Shown: piece after piece, positions 53,206 through 64,000 of the stretch
Numbering within the stretch: position 1 is the stretch's first letter
Layout of the letters: each line of letters opens with the position of its first letter
DNA from: Trichosphaerium sp. ATCC 40318
Taxonomy: Eukaryota; Protista; Tubulinea
Length of the DNA stretch: 64,000 bases
NCBI GenBank assembly: GCA_038496445.1
Contig: JALMLS010000473.1
Coordinates: 1-64,000 of the forward strand
Direction: 5' to 3'
The notes under the pieces: model-generated
What the model was told of the DNA's origin: nothing
The model's input: only the letters and a program-made list of their open reading frames with translations
The model's database searches: none
Translations under genes and position numbers: made by a program

Positions 53206-55223
53206 TTAAAACCCAGGCAGCCACGGTTGCAGGGCTTTTCCACCACCTTATTGGCAACAGTAAGTAAGTATGATAAATTAAAGTTTAGTATGGGTGAATT
53301 TAAAAAACAATTGGATGTCAAAAAACCTGATTGTTCGTACCAGCACCAAGCTTGCCATTCGAATCTTTTACTGTCTGATAAATATCATAATTCCAGCTGT
53401 CAACAACACAAAGATTCATGAATATTCTATCCATATCTATTTGATCTCAGTTAGCACAAAAATAAGGCCGATGAGTTTGTGTATTCAACAATATCTTTAT
53501 AATATTCAGTACCACGTGACCATGGGTTATCACGACTTCTTTCCCAGAAAGGAAAACCCCATTCCTTTTCAAATTCAACCATCAAATCACCATTTGGAGA
53601 GTACTCAGTCTCGATAGCATACACAGACCAACCTTAGAAAAAATAGTAAGCATTGTTTGTAAACATCACAAAAACAGTACCTGTACTGTCCACAAGATAT
53701 GCACCATAGTTCTGAAACGTCCAAGCAAGCATTTTGGCAGGTTCTGTTTCGAATCCTATTTTTTCTATATCGAAGGTTCTATTGAGAGCTAAAAGCTCCC
53801 ATCCTGAACTTGACGTTAATGTTTTTTCGTGTTTTTTTCTCAAGTTTTGTTTAACAATTGTATGTAACATACTTTAAAGCAGGTACAACTCCTTTGTAGC
53901 AACCTGGAGCGCAACTATCTGCTTTTATCGCTGGCCATCTGAATGACATCTTTTTTGAGCCTCCACTGTATGTGTTGGCAGAGCTTTGCAAGTTCACTTT
54001 AAGTACATGTCTGATGCCGTCTTTGTTACTCTTTACAAGTTCTCCCAACCTTAACGTTCCTAAATACACTTCTTTAACAAAGCATTGAAATGCAAAAGAA
54101 CAGTATCAAGTCATTTTGTTGAATTTAAAAGGCACGGTTGAAATTCCAAAATTTTCAATTTTTCAGAGAATATCGTTTCGTGCATTTAGTTATGAAGAAA
54201 TAAAGTGTTATGATAAAATGCTGCCTTTTTGGCGCTGTCATTGGAGTATTGCTGTTGATAACAACAAGCGCCTGTATAGCTCAATTGGCAGAGCAGTGGT
54301 TTTCTAAGCCATTGGTTGCAGGTTCAATCCCTGCTACAGGCTTACAATAGTTTTTGTAGATGACGGCAAAAGTATGCAAAATAAATGTAAAGTGCAACAA
54401 AAAGGCCGATCAAGTTCAACAAAAGTCGATCAAGGTATGTAAATCGCTTGAGTCAAAGTTTCGTATGTTCTCCAACACAGCTCAAAAAAAAAAGTAAACA
54501 CTTGCCTCCAATCCCTGAAAGTCCAGATCCTCCGTGAGCTCCGGTAATACCTTCTCCTCTTATACTCACATTGCTGAACATGTATTTCGAAGTTGCCGGT
54601 TTATCAGATGCACATCGAGCGAGGGGTTGACTTTGAACAATCGTATCTCCATCTGGCATGAGAAAGGCACCTAACAAAAAACGGTTAAAAACACGTGCGG
54701 CTTTTATTCGCAGCGATAATGTTTTATGGTACTCACCCGCATTGTTAGGCGTCTGTGGTAGTGGATCAGGTATGACGAAATCAGAAGGAACAGGTGCACG
54801 AAAAAGTTGACCACCTGTTGGTGAACATCGACTCACGTTTTTATTCCAACCAGCTAAAAAAACAGAAGATTACATTACGTTGTCTTGTTGCGATAGTGCC
54901 GCAAGTGTGCGTTACCGTTTGAGTAATAAAATGTAGTTAACGGTGCGTTTGGTGTCAATATAATTACATCAGGATCTGGAGTCATTCCTTGAGCGGTAGG
55001 ACGCTGTATTTGTCCAAATACATACTTTGCATCTGAGATTTAAAACAAAACCGTTAAACTGTTAAATTATTGCGATTACTGTCTATCAATGCGTACCAGA
55101 GCCAAGTGGAAGGTTCCATATCGAATAACTTGCGAACGGATGCGTTAGAGGGTTTCTTGAAGCACATACTGCAAAGCAGAAACTGAGAACAAGCACAAGG
55201 GATATACAGCTGTTCAGCGCCAT
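53206..55223 (-). CDS. Secreted protein resembling an uncharacterised bacterial family (multi-exon; one apparent frameshift near 53790)
   Basis: Signal peptide; PFASYSIWNLPLGS, GAHGGSGLSGIGGTLRLGEL, IRHVLKVNL, RWPA.KAD and LAWTFQNYGAYLVD. Confidence 0.7.
54270..54342 (+). tRNA. tRNA-Arg(UCU)
   Basis: Cloverleaf: GCCTGTA/TACAGGC acceptor, GCTC/GAGC D-stem, TTTCTAA loop, GCAGG-TTCAATC-CCTGC T-arm, and a T5 terminator at 54351. Confidence 0.88.
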
Positions 55224-55430
55224 ACTTGATTTCGACAATATCTCAATTGACTGTTCAAGTACTGATTTTGTTGGTTACAGATCCTTCTTCCAGATACAAG
55301 ACAAGTGCACGTGACTTGCTAAAATAACAACTTATTTCCACAACGCTGAATCGATACGCAAGGTGCAAGTTGTGAGGCAGCTTTTTTGGCCTTTAACAGT
55401 ACTCATTTTATTAATTTGTAGAAGGTCCAG

Positions 55431-56023
55431 TTATTTACATTTTAATCTGTCATATCCGTTATTGAATAGTACCACGACTTGACGTTCAATATTGCCTCCT
55501 TGTTTCTTGCCCTTGATATAGGTACAATGTTCCACCAATTCACCATTAATCTGCCATGACTTGTATTCTCCTTCACGTTCCCCATTAACAAAATTACATT
55601 TCATCTCAAGCTGACCATTTGTGGTGTACCAACTCTTGTACTCTCCATCTCGTTTGTCATTAATATAGTACGCTTGCTCAACCAACGTAGGCTTATTTCC
55701 CATATGCATATGCCAGCACTTGTGTTGTCCATGTTTTTTACCACAACTCCATAGCTCGTGTTTAATATGGTATTTTGCATTTTGAATCCACTTTCCATGT
55801 TTGTTCAACTCGCTATCAAACCTCGTAGACATTGCTGCTCGTTTCGATAATACAGGCAACTTTATGTATATTTCTTCGTCTAAATCCATGATATCTAACT
55901 GCAATTCCACTGGAAGTTGTAATAGACCAAGTAACTCTTGTTGCTGTACAAGTATCTATAAACAATTTAGTAATGTATCAATACCTTTTTGCTTTAAACA
56001 CGTACCCTACGTTTTATTGACAT
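55431..56023 (-). CDS. F-box-like + short MORN-variant repeat protein, paralog of 44878
   Basis: LLQLPVELQLDIMDL..KHGKW..GEYKSW..NGQL, with a short first exon MSIKRR. Confidence 0.75.
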
Positions 56024-56297
56024 TGTTTAAACTAGTATTACCTTGTTTAATAGATAAATAGGTAGTTGATACAACAGTTATTTTTGGATGACAAACGTTG
56101 CACTGTCTGAGATTGTTTCGTGATATTAACTTAACATAATTACTACTTAAGTTGACGTATTCTTTAAAAAGTATGCTTTGTTTACCCACGTGATTCGAAT
56201 GAAAGACAGTGTTTTGTGAATACATACTCATGTCAAAGAAGGTTGGTCTTTGCTTGGAAATGAGTTTTATTGGAGGTGAGAGCAGTAAATCAACAAT

Positions 56298-56630
56298 TTA
56301 CTTTTTCTCTTGCGGCGGCATCGCTTTTGGCGACGGCTTTTTTGTTTTAAGGCTTAGTTTTGATTTACCAGAAGTCCTGTGCTTCATACGCGTCGGTTTT
56401 GCAAGGTTGTCTCCTGATTTACCAGATGTCTGATGAGACATACGACGCCGTAGAGGTCTTGGTTTGGGTTTTGGGTTAACTTGACCAAAAACGTCTTCTC
56501 CTGATTTGCCAGATGTGCGGTGCGCCATACGCTTCACGTTACGTCTCCTGTTGTCCTTTGGGGCCACAACTTTATCACGCACTTTACCGGACGTATAGTG
56601 CGCCATACGCCTTACTGGTGGGTTAGACAT
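56298..56630 (-). CDS. Small basic protein with four RMxHxTSGK repeats (110 aa)
   Basis: RMAHYTSGK, RMAHRTSGK, RMSHQTSGK and RMKHRTSGK. Paralog of 18811. Confidence 0.78.
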   Translation of the reverse strand: MSNPPVRRMAHYTSGKVRDKVVAPKDNRRRNVKRMAHRTSGKSGEDVFGQVNPKPKPRPLRRRMSHQTSGKSGDNLAKPTRMKHRTSGKSKLSLKTKKPSPKAMPPQEKK

Positions 56631-56959
56631 CCTAGATAGTACGTTGAGAGCTACTGTAATTTTCACAGCCAAAACCGTAAACCGAATGACCGTTTAAGTT
56701 ATGCCAACTATCACGTGACTGTTGTTTTGTTAACCCAAAGACAAAAAAGTAGTGCAAGCACACGCAAGGACGGCCCCTTCGCATCAAAAAGTAGGTTCGA
56801 CATTTCACTTGATTTCTCTACGTTAATGTGCAGCACACTTATTTAATACCAAGGTAACTTTAACAGCATCCCTGTAAATGATTATTTTATTATTGTAGAT
56901 GATGTAGTTAGAGATGGTATTGGAAACTGAAATCATCTCTAACAATGACAAGTACAACC

Positions 56960-57695
56960 TTATAATTTGCCCAAGTACTCAACAATATCACTATGTCCGT
57001 TCACACGAGCAATATCGATAGCAGTAGCACCATCGAGGTGATGCATTGGTACGTTGACATCGAGGTCTACAACAAAAATCACGTTTTGAATTTCTTTCAA
57101 AAAAAAGAAGCAAACTGTACCATTCACATTTTCTACGAGGTATTTTACTACTTCTAAGCTACCTCCAAGGCAAGCCCACTGTAGTGGCGTACCACCAAAA
57201 CCAATAACTTGCTTTGTAGCGGCTGAAGGATGGTATACACCAAGTTCAGTGTTAAAGGCAATTGTAGCAGTGTAAGGTTCATGGTAGTTGCCTAAACGAG
57301 CGTAAAAATGGAGTTTTAAGGCCTCGTTTATGGTTCGTACCATAAAAGATCCAATCGTTGTACACATGTGGTTTGTTTGGGTCTGTGTACGAAGCGGAAT
57401 CTTTGTCTAGAAGGTCAGAGCGTTGCTTCGCTACCAATTCAACCAAACCTAAGCGTGTAAATAACGGAGTGTAATACGCGCAGGTAGGTCTTTTAAGTAT
57501 TTAGCATGCCTTTGAAGCATTGTTTGACGATTGACCTTGCAAAGCGTTAGCGCACGACGGACGCTCGTTAAAACGTACTCTGGCTTTGTTACGCCTGGTG
57601 TAAGCGACGTGAATGGTTTTGACGTCTAAAAGTAAGGATAAGCTTTCTTTTGTTCGTTTTATCAATTACTGTTGGTTTACCTCCACTGCTGCCAT
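56960..57695 (-). CDS. Ankyrin-repeat protein (spliced)
   Basis: GTPLQWACLGGSLEVVKYLVE and GATAIDIARVNGHSDIVEYL. Confidence 0.8.
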
Positions 57696-58208
57696 AGTTG
57701 TTTGCCGTTTTGTAAAGGCTCCATTTGTTAACTGAATTATATTTAACCAGCTGTCATTCATCACCACTTGTTGTTTCAGTCAAGATCGACATAGCCCTTC
57801 TTGTTTTAGGTGTTTCAATTCACCTGATTTTTTTCAATTGGTTCGTTTCATAACCTCACCTCATATTTTATAAAATGGTTGCTATCAAGTCAATTTTTCA
57901 ACATTGGTACATGTGATGCTCATAGTGATCGAACTTTTGGGAATATCGATTATCTTTTTTGTTGATTATCTAGTTTATAATCTTCTCATGTCGAAATCGT
58001 TTCTCTTCCTTATTGAGGACTGGTTACGCCTTTAATACACGACGTGTATTTCGGAGGAATGCCTTAGCAAGACTGGACAAGTAAATATTAAGTAAGAGGT
58101 AAAAATCCAAATCGGGAATAGCAACGACGTGCAATAGCGTAAGTAATAACGCAACGCAAATATGACTATTCACGCCATATACTAGCTCGTACGGTATTTA
58201 TAAAACAA

Positions 58209-60921
58209 ATGAAGCGCAACCTTACAACTTTTGTTTACGTACCTACTTAGTTCTATTCGCTATATGTACTGCTCACGTACACAGTGCACATGAAGAACTT
58301 GACGGTAAATAGGTTTTCGTACTTTTACCTTTTTAGAATTGAATTCGATTGATATTTATTCTACACGCATTGTAATAGTCGTAACCTTTGTTTTAGGGTT
58401 TGTTTGTGGTGAAAATTTTAAACATACTGAAATAGAGTATGACGAACCTCCAGTACCAACAACTCATTCAAGATCGTCTAAAAGGTATGTTTGTAATAGT
58501 TTAATATTTTATGGAGTAACTGTACACTTTACATAACATACGACGTACTAACTATCCATAAGATCATCAGGTTCATGCATGACATTCGTTATAAACTTTG
58601 GCGCGGGTATTAACCTTGTACGCGACGTCTACTGTTTGCAGTAATACTGTGGCTCTAATCTCTCATTACTAGCCTGAAAACGCTGGTATGAAAGCAACAG
58701 TACAGCTGGGAGCTGATATATGGGTACACAATCTTTACAAAGAAATCCGTAACAACAGTTGATAGTCATCCGCTATCATCAGCGATAGGACAATATATTT
58801 GGACATGGAGGCAAGGGATGACTTTAGTTCTTCCAGCACTATCGGTTCAGCAAGTACTAGCGTAACATCATTTGGTGGCAATGCTCCTATTGTATTGTAC
58901 GTTTTACGCTACTATTGACGCATATTTACACTTTTCAAAAGGGCTTATCTTGAAGCACATAATAATGCCACTTATCCTGCGGATATGACTGCATTCGATG
59001 GTATTCTTCCTCCTGTAAGTACTCCAAGTTTTTTTTTACAACGGTTGGCCTAGAAGTAGTAACCCGATTCAAAACCATTTTCCTGCGCGTTTTTATTACT
59101 ACCTGCGCGTATACTCCCGGTACAGTTCAAATCGTTCAAATAGACCTGTAACTCTACTTTTTTTTCCCGCACGTGTTGAAACTGCGCATTTTATGAGCGA
59201 AATGAATCGTAAGCTCATTCTGTGGAAAAAAAAAAAGTAGCATGTGAACGAATAGAACATCTGTGATTTTCCTTTTTTTCTTCTCAATCATTCTCCTTGG
59301 CTCTGTTCTTATCTTGCTCCTAGGGTTTTACAATAGACCCAACCAGAATATCGCTCACAAGAGCTAATAGAAAAGTAATCGATCCAGACTATCAAATTAC
59401 CTCCACTTTTAGAGATTCATCAATTTCGTTCAATACAGAGTTTTTCTTTGATACAGACTTAAGTGATGGTCTCACAGGGGTATGTCGCATATATACAAAT
59501 CCACTTGTGGTCTTTTTTTTGCTTTCTAAGCTGTTGCCAAGTGACTTCATTTGAACTTAAAGTCGTTTTTGATCGTTTTTTTCTTAGGGTTCTATGAATT
59601 TACTTGCGGTTGTTGTTCATGAGATTGGACATGCTCTAGGTTTTACATCAGCACTTCAATCCGGTATATACACACATACTGCAAGAGCTGAGACAATAGC
59701 TAACTATCGTTGTTGTTTTAGTTGATGCTGCACTAGACGATGCAAGAAACCTAACAAATATTCGAATGAGGCCATATGATTTAATGAGAGTTCAATTAAG
59801 TAGCAGCTCTGCATTTGAAACAGCTGATAGACAGTGGACACCTGGTACAAAGAATGATTTAGCAGGCTTAACAGCATTAAGTTCACTAACGTTTTAAAAG
59901 GTAATGTAGCTCACTATTTCGATCCAACGTCTGATACTGTATCTACTGCAACGTATTCCACAGGTGTTAGTCAAGGAGACGGACGACAAACTTCTCATTG
60001 GAAGGTACCAAATCAAATTTATAAAAATGCTTGAAAGACATTGTAGATAGTGCCTACTCAATAAAACGATTTTAGGATGCTAGGGCCATAGGTATTATGG
60101 ATCCTACACTTTCAAGAAATAGGATAATAGGTATATCTACCACTGACATATCAGCACTGAGTGGAATGGGATATGTTATAAATCGTAAGTAAACCTTTCC
60201 ATCTATAACAAACTCATTTTTTTTCTTCTCATTTTAGCAGCGCTAAAGCCATTTCTTGTTTATATGCAAGCAAATGAAGGTGACCCAGGTGATGAGTTTC
60301 AGATTTGGGGTTATTTCTTTTTTGGTAATGTAACTTGCGACTTTGGTATTGCTGGTTCTACTGTTGCACAGAAAGATATTGAGTCTGGGGTCATTGTATG
60401 TCAACGAACATTTTTAGTTAATTTTTATTCAATCGATTTGTTACTAGCTTTGTACTGTTCCAAGTCCAGAAGTATCATACAATGGTACCATGGTTGTTAC
60501 CTCAGATACAGGAACCTCTGACGAAAGACCATTTGTTATCAACGTTCCCTTACCACCTCCAACAACAGAAGCACCAACACCACCAGTTATCCCCTCAACG
60601 GCTGCCCCTACAACACTTCCTCCAACAACACTTCCTCCAACAACGCTCTCACCCACAACGGCTCCCCCTACAACACTTCCTCCAACTACACTTCCTCCAA
60701 CAACGCTCTCACCCACAACGGCTGCCCCTACAACACTGCCTCCAACAACAGTGCCACCTACAGCGCCAACGCCTGAACCTACCCAGGCTATCCCTACGCC
60801 AGCGCCGACATCACCAGTTGCGCCTTCAATAAATCGAATACGGTCTAATGCATATCGTATATCAACAATAGCTTTGAATACTATTGTTGTATTGAATGTA
60901 CTTTGTTATTTATTCTTGTAA
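58209..60921 (+). CDS. Secreted or surface zinc metalloprotease (NF038122-like), with an IPT/TIG-like domain, PT stalk and hydrophobic C-tail; start approximate
   Basis: VVVHEIGHALGFTS, GDGRQTSHWKD..IGIMDPT, DISALSGMGY, (PTTLP)n and a C-terminal hydrophobic segment. Confidence 0.75.
60590..60765 (+). repeat. 15-bp coding repeat (PTTLP) with a 60-bp higher-order period
   Basis: Consecutive 60-bp lines from 60601 to 60760 are near-identical. Confidence 0.9.
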
Positions 60922-61334
60922 CTCCAAAAATAAAAATCTGCTATTGGAATTAGGTTCCATGTTGGTGACAACAAAATCACCTTTGCTTACGTCTTGGTAC
61001 TCCAATAGATCCAAATATTCAGAGGCATTCCAATTCAATCGCTTGAGAGCAAATAAGTTGTTGAGGTCCAATGAGTGACCAACAATATAAAGGCAACTTG
61101 TAATAACATGCATTTTAGAAACAAAAAAATTCACTCTCATAGCAGCAATAGACAGCCGAGGAAATCCTCTAACGCATCCATTCTCAAGTAATTCGATTTG
61201 GAACCTTGAACTTGGCTCTGGTACTCTTTGTTTTGATCGAAAAGGAAAAACGTTTTGCATGTGCAAATTTTTTGTCAAAAAAAAGAAACATGATCAAGTG
61301 AAGTCAAACGAACTATGAATTGTGCCCCATTGTA

Positions 61335-62541
61335 ATGGATGAATTAACAATTTACGGTTTGTCAAATCAATTACGATAGTTGTTTGTTATAATATAGCTA
61401 TAGACCTTCCCATTGAGATCTACGATAGTTTTTTGAGCGAAGCAGTTGGTTCTTCGTCCACTTTAGCTGGTTTATTACCATTGCGGCTTGTTTCACGTAA
61501 ATTTGAATGGGCGGTATCATCAATGCGCTTGTGGCAAGTACGACATAATTATTATCAACTTACAGCTTCAAAATACACAATCGTCAGCAATTCACTTAAA
61601 CAATGTCAACAAAACTTAATGACCTATTTTTACAGGACTTGACGAACAAATACGAGTGGAAACATAAAATAACCTTCCAAGGCAGCGTCAAAAAAATGAT
61701 TGGACACAAACAATTCGTAAGTACTTGTCTAATAGAATCCCAACAACGCATTAATGCCTCAACAAATTCTTTCTTTTTTACAAGTACTGACATCAATGAT
61801 AAAATAGATCTATGCACTTGTTCATGACCACGAAGATACTGCCAATACTTGTAAAATACACGTGATAGATACCGATAAATCAATTATTGTTAAGACAATC
61901 CCTCTTGATTTGTTATACGTCACTATGTTTGAACGCAAAGATTTATTGGATGATGACTTGCATTTAAGTATGACTTGTCTATTTGTGTTTTATGTGCTTA
62001 CTTATTACAGTTGGTATTCATTATCAGGGACGAACTAATACCCTTTATGATATTTACTTGGATACTGGAAAGATACATAAATCTATTGTTCAGCATCAAA
62101 CTTATCCGTTACAGGTAGAAGTTATTTTGTGGTTTTTTTTTGTTTTTTTGTACTCTGACTTCATTTTTTTAGCATGCTATCATGTCTAAATCGGGTGTAA
62201 TTACTCTTTATTATGAGAGTTTTCCCCGCTTACCCTATGATGTTATGAATGTTATAAATTTTGAAGATCCAGAACCGAGTGTCCATTTGGCAATGACTAT
62301 ACATAAAGGTGCTACTTGTGTAGGTGTTGGTACATTGGTAAATGATTCTGTGGCGGTTGTATTATCTATTTACACTTTACGCTTGGAATCACCAACGCAA
62401 GTTTTCAAAAAAGCAAAGAAGTGCATGCATGCAGAAGCAGCTTTAGGTGGGATTGTAACACCAGAAGGGGATGTGTTGTTAATTTATAGCGACAAGACTA
62501 AGATATCAAAGTTGTACAATAACTTCGATAAGGTACTCTAA
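61335..62541 (+). CDS. F-box-like protein (multi-exon)
   Basis: MDELTIY/AIDLPIEIYDSFL..LRLVSRKF..LWQ. Confidence 0.6.
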
Positions 62542-64000
62542 CATACGGATTTCTTTCCCTCTTTTGACCTTTAATCATGTGGAGTGCTTCTCTGACAAGA
62601 AAACAAACTTTTTGACAATGTAGTTAATGACGAACTGTCGAAATTCTTTTTTTTACAGGAAGTGTATTATTTTTGTTCGTGATTTTTTCAATTGCTATTT
62701 TTGTATTTGATTGATTCATGTTGATTACGAAAAATTAGCCAAACTATACAGCTAGCGCTAGTTACACTATTATTTTCTTTTTTCTTACTTTTGGATTTCT
62801 AGTATGTCACGATAGCGATTCAAGGAAGCGATAAAATAAAGGGAAAATATACAGCAGCTGTAGCGCTAAAAACAATCTATATGCTTGTTTTGGAGAAGCA
62901 ACTTATAGAAAGCTACATGGGCAAACAAGGCATCAAGAGCGTCATACAACACATCTTTATCAAATGGAATCAGTTGGCAACTTTTATGAGAGTGCAACTG
63001 AAACGCTGAAGAATCATAAACAAGACATGGAAGTGTTTCGGAATCTATTTGGAGATGACAGTGACGATTACTAAATTAATGAAACTAAAAGACTTATCCA
63101 CCTTACACCTAAGTGCATATTGTCTCGTTAACATGGAAACAACACATTGCGTCATGAGTCTGAGTTTTATATTTATTGCATTTTGAGAAATCAGAAACAA
63201 ATTTCATATGCAGTAAGTCACGTGTACGTATTGCTCGTAGGAGTGAAATTTTTTTTTATTGTTTGACCCTTCGCATTGTTCATCAGTTAGGTTGCAGGTA
63301 GATAATTTACATATCGCTTCTACATTAGTTCTTAACACTATGACCGAACATCCTTGTTAGAATTAGCAGTTGTTAAACTAAGACCAGTAAGAACGTACAT
63401 ATGCACCCCAAGATCCTGTGAGTGTGCAACCAATATCATCACAGCAATTCTTACCCATTATCGCAGGTGTGTATGGACGTTCTGGCGTGACAAATCGGGA
63501 TCTGATTTCTTTATACAGTCATTAAAGAAATTTCGCATTTTTTATTGTTTTTTTAGGCAGCGACCGCCTAAAATCGTCATTCTTTGTCCGATTTTGCTCT
63601 GATGACCATTTATAGAGTAATTACAGCAACTGTGGTCCTGTGCCACGTAATTTGTACTGTCGCTTTGTTTTTGAAATTCTTTCTCTAATGCTTTAGTTTC
63701 TATGGCACTGTTTGCAGAGCCGAAATTCAATGCGTTTCTGGATGTTAGCGAAATTAAACCAGAGTTTAACACTTTTCTTGCTGCTGATGTAGCATTTGGC
63801 GTCTCAAACGCTGGTCCATCATATTTCTACGCCGTTCAAGGTAAATGTCACTTCATTTACTTGGTTGACTTCAAAAAGGCGCAAACCAATTATCATTAGA
63901 TGTAGCTACACCTACAAGTACGTAAAAGCGCCTAAAAGACTTGTAACTCAGAAAAAATTGTAAAACCGTTTAAACCCAACAAAGAAGTGTCACGGCTCAT

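Noticed and set aside
56760-56810. GGTTCGA B-box-like site as a tRNA or SINE
   Set aside because: No cloverleaf or A-box.
62800-64000. Exon-like fragments at the window end
   Set aside because: No reliable gene model or recognisable domain.

Overview
This is AT-rich (about 35% GC), intron-rich eukaryotic DNA with short GT-AG introns. The actin sequence suggests an amoeboid protist, possibly an amoebozoan, but that is inference. Recognisable genes are three actin paralogs, a Rab7-like GTPase, an ARF-like GTPase, MGST3/MAPEG, TMEM135, DUF866/CZIB, a BAR+EH protein, an ankyrin protein and tRNA-Arg(UCU). There are about nine F-box-like genes (LRR, MORN-variant and NHL types), two Skp1/BTB-like genes and several secreted proteins that look bacterial in origin (a clan GH-A hydrolase, an NF038122-like metalloprotease and an uncharacterised family). 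The most notable observations are: (1) a near-canonical actin gene whose intact exon 2 is inverted between 5-bp inverted microhomologies; (2) a fold-back inverted duplication joined at an 8-bp microhomology; (3) a young 1.9-kb non-autonomous LTR element with identical 204-bp LTRs, a 5-bp TSD, PBS and PPT, carrying non-retroviral cargo; (4) two small basic genes built from an R-M-x-H-x-T-S-G-K repeat that share an upstream motif; (5) a dispersed structured ~145-bp repeat; and (6) strong CACGTG enrichment. Spliced models were built by eye and are approximate. Several 1-2 nt indels in short homopolymers suggest possible assembly errors.
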